DNA of 53,376 nt from Octopus vulgaris (GCA_951406725.2 CATOCA020000026.1:1-53376), one strand, 5' to 3'; shown: positions 1 through 12,933, numbered from the stretch's first letter. Numbers and translations: made by a program. Notes: a model not told the origin generated them from the letters alone.

Positions 1-555
1 TTCGATGTTGCCTTCTGGTTTATTGTCGTACCAATTTTGGGCTCTGTCAAGTCCACACTTGTTGCAAAATGTCCAATGGACAATACTTGCTATATTGTCA
101 TGAAGTCCCTTATGTTCCTTCTGGGCTAATGGCGTACATTGACTAGTAATATGCCATATGTTTTCACCATTTTGTACACAAATTTTGCACTTCTCACTTT
201 CTGATGTGTTGTCTATTCTGCATTTGATGTAATTGGTTCTTGATGCTTGCTCTTGGGCAGCACAGATTAAATTCTTTTCTTTATCCACCAATTTTCAGTT
301 TCATTTATTCTCCTACAGAAGCTTAGCCTTCTTACGTCCAATAATAGTGGTTCGGTGGCATTTTTTACCTAACATGCTATGTTGTTTTCTTCTGCTCTAA
401 TGCTGTGTTTGCATCCAATCAGTCCTCTTTCCCCTCTTTTTCTTGAAGCATTACAGTCTGTCTGAGGGACTTCTTGGGTGAAGTATCCCATATCTAGTCA
501 TCAACTTCCTTGTATTTCTGTCTAAGCTGTTTATTTCGTCTACTGTCGATACGGT
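1..555 (-). mobile_element. Decayed RLE-type (R4/Dong-like) non-LTR retrotransposon fragment: RT thumb plus CCHC zinc finger
   Basis: Minus-strand translation gives LDRNTRKLMTRYGILHPRS..DRL..RKRGERGLIG and LICAAQEQASRTNYIKCRIDNTSESEKCKICVQNGENIWHITSQCTPLAQKEHKGLHDNIASIVHW; stops and an internal deletion are present. Confidence 0.85.
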
Positions 556-568
556 TACCATATTATTA

Positions 569-670
569 TCTCTATATATATAAACGGCAAAATATCTGTC
601 TGTGTGTGTGTGTGCGCGCGTTCTTTATACAAATCTACAATTTTTCAATTAGAGGGCTCGCACTTTCTAG
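569..670 (+). mobile_element. Non-autonomous Helitron 5' end fragment
   Basis: A|TCTCTATATATATAAACGGCAAAATATCTGTCTGTGTG matches the 5' end of the complete copy at 49005-49372. Confidence 0.65.
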
Positions 671-744
671 CTGTATGTGACTGGTCGGAGATTTGGACAG
701 TACTCGCGTGTATGTACGCACGCACGTAGCTGTATATGCATGCA

Positions 745-771
745 CTAGCACTATGACCCGGCGTTGCCGGG

Positions 772-772
<1 letters not shown>
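745..772 (-). mobile_element. Helitron 3' terminus (hairpin plus CTAG|T)
   Basis: Minus strand ACCCGGC-AAC-GCCGGGT hairpin, then CATAGTG-CTAG|T. Confidence 0.7.
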
Positions 773-953
<181 letters not shown>

Positions 954-1178
954 AAGGCGGCGAGCTGGCAGAATAGTTAGAACGCTGGACGAAATGCTTA
1001 GCGTAATGCTTAGCGTTATTTCAGCGGTCGCTACGCTCTGAATTCAAATTTCGCCGAGGTGGACTTTGTCTTTCATCCTTTTAGAGTCGATAAAATAAAT
1101 ACCAGTTGAACACCGGGGGGTCAACGTAACCGACGAATCCTCTTTCCCAAAATCACTGTCCTTGAGGCAAAATTTGAC
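954..1178 (+). mobile_element. SINE family A copy (tRNA-like head)
   Basis: GGCGGCGAGCTGGCAGAA..GTTAG head, box-B-like GAATTCAAATT, central GACTTTGxCTTTCATCCTTT..GTCGATAAAATAAxTACCAG shared with more than ten copies in the window. Confidence 0.85.
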
Positions 1179-1202
1179 ACCATTATTGTTGATGTTGTTG
1201 TT

Positions 1203-1440
1203 AAGGCTGCAAACTGAAAGAATCGTTAGCTCGCCGGGCTTAGCGATATTTCGTCCGGCTTTATGTTCTGAGTTCAAATTCCGCCGAGATCGACTTTGCT
1301 TTACATCCTTTCGGGAATCGATGAAATAAGTACCAGTTATGCACTGGAGTCGATGTAATCTACTTTAGTTACGTACTGGTGTTATCAATTAGCTCCCTCC
1401 CCACAAAATTTCTGGCCTTGTGCCTAGAGTAGAACAGGAT
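1203..1440 (+). mobile_element. SINE family A copy with (ATT)n tail
   Basis: Same head and core; ends GGCCTTGTGCCTAGAGTAGAACAGG(ATT)n. Confidence 0.88.
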
Positions 1441-1454
1441 TATTATTATTATTA

Positions 1455-1930
1455 TTGAGTGAGAGAGCAGTTCATGCCATCAAAGTGACACTGGGGTAAA
1501 ATATACGAAGCCCAATATACCCATCATGACTACCCGTCTGATAAGGGTACACCAGGCACATGCATCACAACCATATGTGCGCGACATGGTGATCTCATAT
1601 CAAGATAAACAGTACATGACCTTGCAGGTGGGGCCCAGTTAGAATCTTCTTCAGGTTGAGTAGCCCATCCCGCTCAAAAGGTCCCTGAATAAGGGTTGTT
1701 TAAGGATGTTGAAAGAACCACCCATGTTTCCAGAGGTGAATTATTCAAACCCCAAAGAATCCCTCTCAACACATGGCTATGATGCTCCCCACTACTTCTG
1801 CTCGTGATCAGAGATGCACATATCGTCAGCCACTAAGGGGCATGCTCAACTGGTTAAGGTCAAACAACTGACAAGCAAATCTGTGGTATTGAGCAGAATA
1901 TTTGCTGTAGCCCATCTTTTATACCAAGAC
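1455..1930 (-). mobile_element. About 476-bp non-coding interspersed repeat (family D) embedded in (TAA)n
   Basis: Highly similar inverse copy at 44744-45220; no long ORF, no tRNA head; strand inferred from the (TAA)n tail. Confidence 0.85.
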
Positions 1931-1981
1931 ATTATTATTATTATTATTATTATTATATAATAAAAAATTATTATTATTATA

Positions 1982-2056
<75 letters not shown>

Positions 2057-2057
2057 T

Positions 2058-2088
<31 letters not shown>

Positions 2089-2098
2089 TGTTATTATA
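1931..2098. repeat. (TTA)n microsatellite (tail of adjacent LINE)
   Basis: Direct reading. Confidence 0.97.
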
Positions 2099-2265
2099 TG
2101 AAAACTCACAGCTTATTTTGCTGGGTATGATGGAAAGTGTCACCAGTAAACAAGGTGATACTGGTTTACTGGTCATGCTTCAAGAACCTTGCAAAGAATT
2201 CTTGTAGTTCCAAGCAATGCCGATTTTTGTAGGTGTTCTGCCTTCACACTTGCACCGATTATGGT
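2099..2265 (-). mobile_element. R4/Dong-like LINE 3' end plus 3' UTR
   Basis: Minus frame IGASVKAEHLQKSALLGTTRILCKVLEA* followed by a short UTR and (TAA)n. Confidence 0.8.
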
Positions 2266-2299
2266 AGTTGAGTGCATTATTATTGTTGTTGTTGTTGTT

Positions 2300-2640
2300 G
2301 CTGTTATTCAGTTGTTTTATCTTTATCACGTGCTTTCACTGCACTATTAAGCGCAGCTCTGTGTGCCTTGGGTATTTACTGTGGTTTGTTGTGATGCTCT
2401 TATTTTTACTGTATTGAAAGTGTTTTACGTAGGATGTGTGCGGTGCCTAGTAGTGCTATTTTCTGTATGCTTGTTAGTTCTGGTATATTTGTTATGTACT
2501 TGTCTGAATATTTTTTATCATACCTAATGCGCCTACAATGATAGGAATTGTTTCTGTCTCTAGATTCTACATTCGAGTTACCTCTATTTCTAGATTTCTG
2601 TATTTTGAATGTTTCTCCGTTTCTTGTTTCTTTTCTCTTT
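2300..2640 (-). mobile_element. R4/Dong-like LINE 3' end (RLE C-terminus)
   Basis: KYRNLEIEVTRM*NLETETIPIIVGALGMIKK / SIQKIALLGTAHILRKTLSIQ*. Confidence 0.85.
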
Positions 2641-3171
2641 ATCGGGGAATAGTGAGGTGTGTTCTTTTGGGTTTTTTCTTTCTTCTTTTCTTTTTTTGTC
2701 TTGGCCCTTTTAATACTATCATAATATTTCTGTATAGCCGAGGGCAACAGGATATCACCTAAAGCTTGCAAGATACAAATTATTTTTGTTGTTCTTCAGC
2801 CGGAATGACTCACTGAGTTTCCTCTTACTGTCCTCTCTGAACGCTCCTTTCTTTTTCAGTTACGTATATACCAAAATAACTATCATTTATGTAGTTAGGT
2901 CGGTCCATCATAAAACTCTACTACGGTAGATTGGGGAAACGGTGGGTGGATGGATCTTCCTTTATTATTTCTCCTCTTTGCTAGAAATAGCAACGAAACT
3001 CTTCCGTATAAAATACAAGGGTAAGACGTATTAGACAATGTAGGCAAGGTTACACTATCGTTGCAAAAGCAGAGCTCAATAAGCATGGATGGAGCTGAAG
3101 GGTTAAACATTTGGGAGTTGATCTGCCAGAAGGTGATGTTAATTCATTTAATGTTCACCAAACGTTTGAAT

Positions 3172-3234
<63 letters not shown>

Positions 3235-3237
<3 letters not shown>

Positions 3238-3913
3238 TCTTCTAAAGGCACAAGGCCTGAGATTTGGGGGATGGGGACTGGCGATTATATCAGCCCCAGT
3301 GCTCGACTGGTATTTATTTCATCGACTCTGAGAAGATGAAAAGTAAAGACAACTTTGGCGACATTTGAAATCAGAACGTCGAACGGGAAGAAATGTTGTC
3401 CGGCGTGCTACCGATTCTGCCAGGTCGCCGACCTAACAGCAACAATACCATCATCATCAAGAACAACAACATTAATAATAGGCACAAGGTCTGAAATTTA
3501 TCGGAGTGGGGGCGACTAGACGATTACATCGACCGCAGTGCACAACTGGTACTTATTTCACCGACCCTGAAAGGATAAATGCCAAGGTCAACTTCGGCAG
3601 AATTTGAACTTAGAACGTAAAACCAGATGAAATGCCGCTACGCATTTTGTCCGACGCGCCAACGATGCTGCCAGCTCGTCGCTTTTAAGTAATAATAATA
3701 ATAATAATAATCCTTTCTACTAAAGGCACAAGGCCGGAATTTTGGGTGGAGGGGACTAGTCAATTACTTTGACCCCAATGTTTCACTGGTACTTTAATTT
3801 ATGGATCCCAGAAGGCTGAAAGGCAAAGTCAACCTCAGCGACTTTGAACTCAGAACGTAAAGACGGACGAAATGCCGCTAAGCATTTTGCCGGGCATGGT
3901 AGCGATTCTGCCT

Positions 3914-3915
<2 letters not shown>
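3235..3915 (-). mobile_element. Three tandem SINE family A copies (about 3235-3430, 3478-3685, 3710-3915) separated by (TAA)-rich linkers
   Basis: Each is the reverse complement of the family A head, core and tail. Confidence 0.88.
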
Positions 3916-4113
<198 letters not shown>

Positions 4114-4252
4114 CCGTAATAATTTGAGCCTTAGTGTTGATTTTAAGATTATTTATGCAAAAACAAATATCAAAGAAAGCCACAGTGGGGCTCATAATGT
4201 TGTTCAACGTCCAGAAGATGGCACTGCTAGGCACAGATCACATACTCTATAG

Positions 4253-4503
4253 CAATAGTTCTCAACCGAGATCCATATGATCCTGGGGACCATGTTGGAT
4301 TTTTCCGTTTAAACTTTTGTGCAACCAATTGTTTATACTTCTATGATACAAACAGTATTTTAACATTTTTAAATACGATTCCTATTAATATTTAATTATG
4401 AAAATAAAATGGGATTTCTTAAACATGGAATGGTTGTGGGTTTCAGGTAGAATAAAAGAGGAACCAAAGGGTTCTACAAGCAAAAAAGGGTTGAGGACCA
4501 CTA
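4253..4503. mobile_element. hAT (Charlie/MER5-like) MITE
   Basis: Imperfect TIRs CAATAGTTCTCAACC / GGTTGAGGACCACTA; 8-bp flanks CTCTATAG / CCCTATAC (6/8). Confidence 0.65.
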
Positions 4504-4581
4504 CCCTATACAATAAGCGCCCGACAGAATCCCACTGTTCACTTAACACAGGATTTATATGATCAACTGCCAAAGCGCATA

Positions 4582-4925
4582 TGAAGGCGCATGGCTCAGT
4601 GGTTAGAGCGTCGGGCTCACAATCATAAGGTAGTGAGTTCGATTCCCTGACCGGGCTGCGTGTTGTGTTCTTCAGCAAGACAATTTAATTCACGTGGCTC
4701 CAGTTCATTCAGCTGTAGAAATGAGTTGCGACGTCACAGGTGCCAAGCTGTGTCGGCCCCTTTGCCTTGGATAACATCGGTGGCGTGGTGGAGAGGAGAG
4801 GCCGGTATGTATGGGCGACTGCTGGTCTTCCATAAAAAAGACAACCTTGATCAGATTTGTGCCGTGGGGAGAAACTTTCTAGGTTCAATCCCATGGTCAT
4901 TCATGACCAAAGGGGTCTTTACTCT
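4582..4925 (+). mobile_element. tRNA-derived CORE-like SINE
   Basis: Box A TGGCTCAGTGGTTAG, box B GAGTTCGATTCC, CORE-like TGTGTTCTTCAGCAAGACAATTTAATTCACG..CTCCAGTTCATTCAGCTGTAGAAATGAGT. Confidence 0.85.
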
Positions 4926-5147
4926 TGTCCTCATTTTTTAAAATTACAATCACCATCAAATGAGACGGTAGATACTCGTTCGAAATCCCTACCTGAATCT
5001 ATCGCACCGACAGCTTATATTCTGACAGCTGAAACCTATCAATGTTGCACAAACTAGACACCACATTACTAGGACATACGACATCAAGGATACGGCAGAA
5101 ACGAAGCACAAACACCACCCAACAAAATAAAACGACTCGTGTAACGC

Positions 5148-5370
5148 GGTGGAGGCGCGTGGCTTAGTGGTTAGGGTGTTGGACTCATGATCATAAGATT
5201 GCAGTTTCGATCCTTGGAGCGGGCAATGCATTGTGTTCTTGAGCAAAACACTTCATTTCACGTTGCTCCAGTTCACTCAGTTGACAAAACTGAGTAATTC
5301 TGTCAAGGACCAGAGTCCCATCTAGCTGGGGAATACTAATGCCATGGAAACTGGGAAATGACTCGAAAAG
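5148..5370 (+). mobile_element. tRNA-derived CORE-like SINE with a different tail
   Basis: GGAGGCGCGTGGCTTAGTGGTTAGG head, CORE-like body, tail GCCATGGAAACTGGGAAA shared with 20121-20418. Confidence 0.85.
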
Positions 5371-5454
5371 AACTTTACTTTTCTCTACTTCATATAACTC
5401 GTAGTCGATACAAAAAAGGAAAGCTAAGTAAGCTTTCCGGGATGTTATTATCCC

Positions 5455-5727
5455 GAGCCTAGTCGTCGGTTTCCATGGCGAATAAGGGACCGAGCTCACA
5501 GCACCCTTCCTGGATGGGACGCCGGTTCGTCGTAGATTTATTTATTTACAGTTGACTGGACCGGAACAACGGGAAAATACGTATTTTGCTCCCGAAAAAT
5601 GTGTTTTTGTTCCGGCAAAAGAGTGTTTTGCTCCGGAAATTGTTTTGCTCCGCCCGTTTCGAGAATTGAAACCACGATCGTGCAATCGCGAATGCAGCGT
5701 CCTAACCAGTAGGTCACGTGCCTCGTA
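5455..5727 (-). mobile_element. tRNA-derived SINE with internal 21-bp tandem repeat
   Basis: Minus head GAGGCACGTGACCTACTGGTTAGG..GGTTTCAATTCTC; four TTTTGCTCCGG-like units at 5584-5652. Confidence 0.7.
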
Positions 5728-5817
5728 CGGCGTGCAAAGTATTAAAACCACTCTCCGACCAACCTTTTTCGATTTGATCTTCTAGAAACTGGTTCTCACC
5801 AAAACTGGTTCAACCAA

Positions 5818-5863
<46 letters not shown>

Positions 5864-6071
5864 ACTCTTTTACTTGTTTCAGTCGTTTGATTGCGGCCAT
5901 TCTGGAGCACCGGGACTTATTCTTTGTAAGCCTAGTACTTATTTTATCGGTCTCTTTTGATGAACCGCTAAGTTACGGGGACATAAACACACCAGCATCG
6001 GTTTTCAAGCAATGCTAGCGGGACAAACACAGACATACAAGCATATACACACACATACATATACATACATC

Positions 6072-6766
6072 CCCTTATATAGTCTTTTATTTTCTTATCC
6101 TTATTATTTTTTTCGTCCTTAATTTTCGCCTCTTTATCTATATCTCTATTTATTTATATTACCATGTTTTTTTTCACGTCCGCGTGTATTTATGTATATA
6201 TATTTATATATTTATATACTCAGATACTTTTTTTATATTCTTATATATATTTTTTTATATTCTTATATCTTTTTTTATATTCTTATATCTTTTTTTATAT
6301 TCTTATATCTTTTTTATATATTTTTTTTAAATGTTTACTCTTTTGTAATCTTTTACTCTTTCACTCCCCCTTTGTGATCCCTAACTCACTGAAGATTCAA
6401 CCCCCCCCCCAACCCCTTCCCTCTCTATCTCAACATCCAAACTTCCTCATTCTACATCGAGTGAAAGACAGGATGGACGCTTCGATTTTGTGCTGGTGCC
6501 CCACTCTGTCGTACGCGACTATGAGGATTTGCATCCCCAACGTAAAACTTATAATGTAATACATGTCCTTGAACTAGTAATTGTACGCGGCTGAAGAAGG
6601 CCATAGACACACATTATACATTGTTATAAAACCGTCTAATAAAGGCCCGACACATATGTACTGCTAAATCCTTTGAATCATGTTTTTATTTTGATAAATA
6701 TACTCTATCACCTACACCACTAAATGGTATATACAGGTGCTTACAACTATCAAGTATTCACCCTGA

Positions 6767-6770
<4 letters not shown>
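6072..6770 (+). mobile_element. AT-rich Penelope-like (pLTR-type) non-coding insertion with SECIS-like hairpin and hammerhead-like motif
   Basis: Interrupts SINE B; ends in (TA)n; carries the motifs at 6511-6664. Confidence 0.55.
6587..6664 (+). ncRNA. Type I hammerhead-ribozyme-like motif (degenerate)
   Basis: GCGG-CTGAAGA-A-GGCC..TAGAC/GTCTA..GGCC-C-GACAC-ATAT-GTA|CTGC: stem I GCGG/CTGC, palindromic helix III ACATATGT, GAAA altered to GACA. Confidence 0.6.
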
Positions 6771-6840
<70 letters not shown>

Positions 6841-7859
6841 ACATACATATATACGACGGGCTTCTTTCAGTTTCCGTCTACCAAATCCACTCAAAAGGCT
6901 TTGGTCGGCCCGAGGCTATAGTAGAAGACACTTGCCCAAGGTGCCACGCAGAGGGACTAAACCCGGAACCATGTGGTTGGTAAGCAAAGCTACTTACCAC
7001 ACAGCCATTCCTGCGCCTACCTCTGAATTTTTCTTGTTCTTGATATAAGTACGAAAACTCCAACTACCCCGGAATGCTGCTCGTGCTCTTGATGCACGCT
7101 GCAGATTTTTTCTTTTTTCAGCCATTTATCGTTTTAAAGTTTCATGTGGTTACCCTCTTATCTCCTTATCTTCCTCAACTAAGCACACAACACCTCTTGT
7201 CTGGTGTTGGCTTTCTCGGCGGTCATTTACTTCCAATTCCCACTTGAGACAGACGTGAAATCCAGGCTCTCCTAAGAAGAGGCACTTTTTCGTGAGGAAC
7301 TTCATAAATTTTTCTTCCTTCTTATATGAATGTATGCTTGTGTGTATGTGTGTGCGCCTGTGTGTGCTTGTATGTGTTTGTGCTTATGTGTGCGTGCACG
7401 CTTTGTATACATATTTGTATAAATATGCATGTGAACATATTGCGCAGATTGTAAACTGAAAGAAAGACGGACAGGCAGACAAGCAGGCAGGAATGCAAGC
7501 AGACAGGCAGGCAGATGCACAGACAGATAGGAAGACAAATGTTTGTCTTTATATGTGTACAGAGTAACAGATCGTTTCATCGTTTGTGTTGCTTAAAGCG
7601 GCAATTCCAATGCAAATTAAAAATATAGCTTTAAGGTAAAAAATTTGGATATCTTTTGAGTTAATATCCGAAAAGTCTTATCCAGTCTAACATTGAACTT
7701 ATAATTTTTATATTTTTATTTCTCACAAAAAGAATAAAAAGAAATGGCGTATGATCTTATCGAATAAATTGTCTTTAAGGTATCTGAAAAGACAGCAAAA
7801 TACCCAGAAACAATATAGTTATTTTATATCAACAGGAGTAGATCGAAAGTAGAGATTTC

Positions 7860-9090
7860 ACATCAAATCATGAAACAGAGCTGTAAGCTTTCTGTTGATA
7901 TTAACGAAGAAACCAGGTAAGGAAACAAAGTTCCATTATATGAAACTCGGTGGAAGAAATTTACTTAGAACTCTGTGAAGTAAGAAAAGTAAACAGCGTT
8001 TGAAAATAGGATGTTATCAGTTGAGAGATCTTAGAATGGCATCTGATTCTCACATCAGCCGCAAAGGTGTTTCAGACTCACTAGGAAAGGATCATTCATG
8101 AGGAAAAAAAAGTATTATCTTTCCACAAGCTATGACTTTATAACGAAAACAAAACATTGTCATCCCTAAAGGAAATCCCACTCCTGACCGGATTAAAGAA
8201 TCAATATCACCAACGTTTTCAAAGAGAATAGAGATAACTGAGAAATACCAATCTAGACCGAAGAAAGTTTGGCAATGTTTGTTAAATATTCTAAATTAAA
8301 ATCGAATAAAGCTAATTGCTAAATAAAAAATTTAGAAAGAAAATCTTTAAAAAAATCTTTATGTAAAATGATTTCTTACACGACACAATGAAGCTGTAAA
8401 CGAAGCAGGCTTTTGTCATGTGACACTAAACACTACAAAAGATGCACTACTTTAAATGGACATGTATGGACACTCTGGTAATATGTTCGTCTGTCGGAAG
8501 GATAAAGACCAACCTTACGGATGACTCATGACTCGCGCGGTGATTTTGTTTACAGTAAAGAGTTACGCCACGTCTCGTTTGTGACTACTTTCGATCCAGT
8601 GGCAAGAACAGGTGGAGACGACTGGGGATGGAAACGGAAGCAATGAAGGACCAAGACGTCATATTTGCCTCCTCTTTCTTCAGCATTCCACAATGCATCG
8701 CTGTATCCAACTTCCGCTCCGTTCAACCATGAACGTTCTTCTGCAGAATCGTCTGCGTCTAATCTTCACATGCAAAGTCAGGTAAGCCCTAATAGGTTAA
8801 TTAACCTATAGCTGGGACCCTGATAGGTGCTACTATTTCAGATCACAATAGACCTGGGAATACTAATGGCTTTCCTATATGAGGGATCTTAATTGACTGA
8901 CTTTTTTCTTTTTCAGTCTCGAAGGAAGATAGTACCGATGACATTTTACAAGTTCTCTGAGGCTGGTGAAAGGGACCGAGGAATGTTCGGTGAAATCGGA
9001 GACCTGGCACGAATGCTTCTAAAAGAATGGACTGGACTGAAAGAGCCCAAGGTACTAGGGGTGTGTTAAATCGAGTGACTGGTAAATTTA
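7860..9090 (+). mobile_element. Highly decayed RTE-clade LINE 3' region, probably interrupted at about 8470-8915
   Basis: Fragments AFEN..LR (~7997), KMHYF(G)HV (~8440), ILQ..G (~8943) and KEWTGL (~9021) follow the RTE C-terminal motif order (FGHV..TILQG..KEWTGL). Confidence 0.55.
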
Positions 9091-9548
9091 CCACCACGAC
9101 GACTACGGCGAAATTTCAACTCATAGAAAAAGCCGTGAACCCGGAATAGATATAGCAAGGCATCTAACAGTTACCTCCTATTGATATTTTTTCTCCGATT
9201 CCCGAAACGAGGAAAGGAAAAACATGACCTCCGTGGGATTTGAACGTAAAGCGCCGGGCGTCAAAACAAATACCGCAAGTTCTGCTCTCCGATGATAGAA
9301 CGTCCGATCACCGAACGATGACTCATTCTTGTCACCATGTCGATGCTCATACCAGGAATACTTTCGGCTATGGGTCAGCTTTAACAAACAGAGAGGGCGA
9401 TAGACAATGCACCATCCTTTCAGACTTACACACACACACACACTCCCAGCAGGTGATTTGTAATAAACTCAACATTAGCAAGTTGGAAATGTTTCCAAGT
9501 AAAATACACAGAGATAAGAGAAGTAAATTAAATATGCACACATGTAAC

Positions 9549-9620
<72 letters not shown>

Positions 9621-9865
9621 ATACAAGCGTGGCAGTGTGGTAAAAATGTTCGTTTCGTAAGAAGGTGGTTTCAAGTTTGATACCTCAGCGGGTCACATTG
9701 CTAATGTGCCAAATAAGACAAATTTGTTGAATAATTTGATGTATGGAAATTCTACGAAAAGCCGACGCATAATGTGCGTGTGTGTGTGTGTGTGTGTGTG
9801 CGTTTATGTTTGTATGTATGTGTATAGATGTATAGACAGATTTGTCCGTATATATATACATATAC

Positions 9866-9897
<32 letters not shown>

Positions 9898-9928
9898 ATA
9901 CATGTATGTATGTATATAATATACACAT

Positions 9929-9967
<39 letters not shown>

Positions 9968-10249
9968 CATGCATACATAGATATTGGCCCGTGTTTAACA
10001 CTAATCAATGACATTATTGTTCATAATCTACGGTATGAACTAAAATAAATAGATGTGTGTACATGTATGAGTGCGTGCGTGACTCTGTGTACGTTTCCGT
10101 GTGAGAGAGTGAATACATTTATGAATGAAACGAAAATGGTCCAAGAGAAAGAGCTGAGGGAGACCAGGGGCACGAATTTGAGCGACAGAAATGAATAAGG
10201 GTCTACAAAATATCATACAAAATGAATTCACGATTTATTAAAATTATCA

Positions 10250-11190
10250 GCACTGGCAGAGAAGGTGGCTACAATGCGTCGGCGGAGGAGACTGGGCTGA
10301 GGAGGTTGCACATAGGTATCGTATGGGAGGGAACAGGACCCTGTTTGGGACAGAAATGTTGATTCTGATGTCACCAGGAAGAGTATCAGGACGGTGGTCG
10401 GGCGCTGTGACAGAAGTCAACCTGTTGAACCCTTTCACCGTGTGTGCATGAGTCGGGAGTGATTCGGGTGGAGAAAAACTGCAAGAGGCTCGCAATTGGT
10501 GCGACGCACTGCTAGGGAGGATCTGCTTTCGGACAGAAAATTTATTCTGATGTCACCTGGAAGAACATCCAGAAGGTGGTGGGAAGATGTGACAGAAGTC
10601 AATCCGTTGACCCATGCACCGTGTGTGAATGAGACGGAAATGATTCGGGTGGAGAAAAACTGCAAGAGGCTAGCAATTAACGTGACGCACTACTAGGGAA
10701 GATTGTACCCCTCGATGATCGACCATGGACCAGGGATGATGGCGATATGGAGAGAAATCAAGATTGGAGCTACAACAGAAATAATATCGTACAAGATGCA
10801 CTACATCTGGAAGAAAAAGAAAAACATGGATTTTTATTTTTATTTTGTCTGGAGGAAAGGTTGTACCCACGACATTTTACAAAGCCTCTGAGGCTGGTGG
10901 AAAGGAGCGAAGAAGGTGACCGTTGGATGAGCTAATGAACGAAAAACAGCTCTGCATTTTGTTCAAGACTGCTGGCGGAAACGTTCGATAGGAAAAACGT
11001 CACATGCCTTTCCAGAGCTAAATAGAGGCCGAATGGAAACGGGGATGTTGAAACGGGGAGTATCACATTACACAACGCCATATCTTGTTGATGCAGTCTG
11101 TTGATACAACAAGTCATCCAGAACAAGACAAGCTGGGGTCGGGGGGTGCGGTGTTTAGATATGAATAGAGGCAGCCGAGCGAAGTACTCT
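10250..11190 (+). pseudogene. Gypsy/Ty3 LTR-retrotransposon integrase remnant
   Basis: VDSDVTRKSIRTVVGRCDRSQ (H2C2 finger), RVEKNCKRLAINVTHY, YPSMIDHGPGMMAIWREI, NSSAFCSRLLAETFDRKNV..RPNGNGDVE (DDE core), AVFRYE*RQP; frameshifts and stops present. Confidence 0.8.
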
Positions 11191-11234
11191 CAACGTCTCA
11201 AGCGGAAGGACCTGCGTCCGTTCAGTTTGGCGAA

Positions 11235-11425
11235 AAGGCTTGGGTGTAGCGACGTAATGCACAAAGCACGACTCAGTGGAGTAGAGTTAGGGTAAGCGAA
11301 ATCATCGCAGAGCGACGTGAAAGGAAGTGTTTTGCTCATAAAAACAGCGCACCGCCTCGTCTGGTGATCGAAACCAGGATGTTGCGATCGTGAGTGAAAC
11401 ATCTAATCGTGTGGCCACACGCCCT
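11235..11425 (-). mobile_element. Degenerate CORE-like SINE
   Basis: Minus head GAGGGCGTGTGGCCACACGATTAG..GGTTTCGATCACC, then TTTATGAGCAAAACACTT. Confidence 0.7.
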
Positions 11426-11443
11426 CACAAAGATATGTATGTA

Positions 11444-11519
<76 letters not shown>

Positions 11520-11662
11520 TCAGAGAAGGAATCGGTAGGTAAGGTAGTAAGAGATAGGTAGAGGTAGGTGTACAACTGCATGTTTGTGATTGTATTACTA
11601 AACCGGAAGGCAAGGAGACTCAGTGCATAGGACAGGAAGCAGACAATATTTTATCGGTGTAC

Positions 11663-11688
11663 ATGTGTGTGTGTGTGTGTGTGTGTGC

Positions 11689-11741
<53 letters not shown>

Positions 11742-11853
11742 CGTATGTGTGTGCGTATGTGTGTGCGTATGTGTATGTTCATGTGTGAGTCTGTGTGTGT
11801 ATGTGTGTGTGTGTGTGTGTGCGTGTTTGTGTGTGTGTGTGTGTGTGTGTGCG

Positions 11854-11884
<31 letters not shown>

Positions 11885-11913
11885 TTGTGTATGTGTGTGT
11901 GTGTGTGCGTGTT

Positions 11914-11944
<31 letters not shown>

Positions 11945-11952
11945 GTGTGTGT
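11663..11952. repeat. Interrupted (TG)n microsatellite
   Basis: Direct reading. Confidence 0.97.
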
Positions 11953-12542
11953 TTCTAAATGTAGTTTCCGTAGGGCTCGGGCTGATACGTCAGATTGACG
12001 TGATAAAAGCGAAAATGTAGTTTGGAGAAAGATAGTCAGATGTGGAGACAGACAGAGACAAAGACAGAGAGAGAAGGGGAGAGAAAGAGAGAGAGAGAGA
12101 GAGGGTGGAAATGAGCGATAGAAGACTGTGTGTGTGTCTATGCATTATTTTATGCGTACGCATGTGTGTGTGTGTGTGTGATAGTATGAGTTGGTATTAG
12201 AACTAGAAGCATTGGGCGACGTTATTTTATAACAAACATACGTAGAATGAGAGGAGGAGGGGAACTGCGAGCATGTTTGCGTGTGTGTGTGTATGAGTGT
12301 GTGTGTGTGTGTGTGTGCGTGTGTGTGGGTGTGTGTGTGTGTGTGTGCATGTGCAAGAAAGGGAGATAGAGAGGGAGGCAACTATAATTCCCTTTTCTGT
12401 TTTGCTCTGACTGCACCCCTCGCCCCCCCCTCTTCTTTGCTTATCACTCTCTCTGTCATTAACTTGTTATGCATACATCCACCATTTAATGACCGCACCC
12501 GCTTAATCACGCAACAATACACAGTCACACATTTACACGCAC

Positions 12543-12582
<40 letters not shown>

Positions 12583-12739
12583 ATGCACGCACGCATGAAC
12601 ACACGCCACAGATATACACACACGTACTCACACACACACACACACACACATCGGCGCGCACGCCACACATCTCATCGTGGCAGATAAATAGATATGTAAG
12701 CAATCACATACGCACGAGCACGTCACGGATCGCAGCATG

Positions 12740-12786
<47 letters not shown>

Positions 12787-12933
12787 AACACACACACACA
12801 CGCACACGCACACGCACACGCACACACACAAACATTGATAATACCCTCATAATAATAAATAATAATATCTCAACCTTCCCCCCACTTATATATATATGTG
12901 TGTATATATATATATATATATACATATATATAC

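Larger units (their letters stand above)
5861..7018 (-). mobile_element. SINE family B split at its internal microsatellite by a ~700-bp insertion
   Basis: 3' half at 5861-6070 and 5' half at 6850-7018 match intact copies at 20585-21000 and 49464-49830. Confidence 0.85.

Noticed and set aside
2984-3019. Possible micro-exon AG..GTAAGA
   Set aside because: Starts in CTAGAAATAGCAAC, which also occurs at about 32630 in a dispersed repeat
8685-9051. Two in-phase plus-strand exons (8685-8781 and about 8916-9051)
   Set aside because: The second segment contains RTE LINE C-terminal motifs (KEWTGL) and has a paralog at 10846-10915; exonisation cannot be excluded but is unsupported
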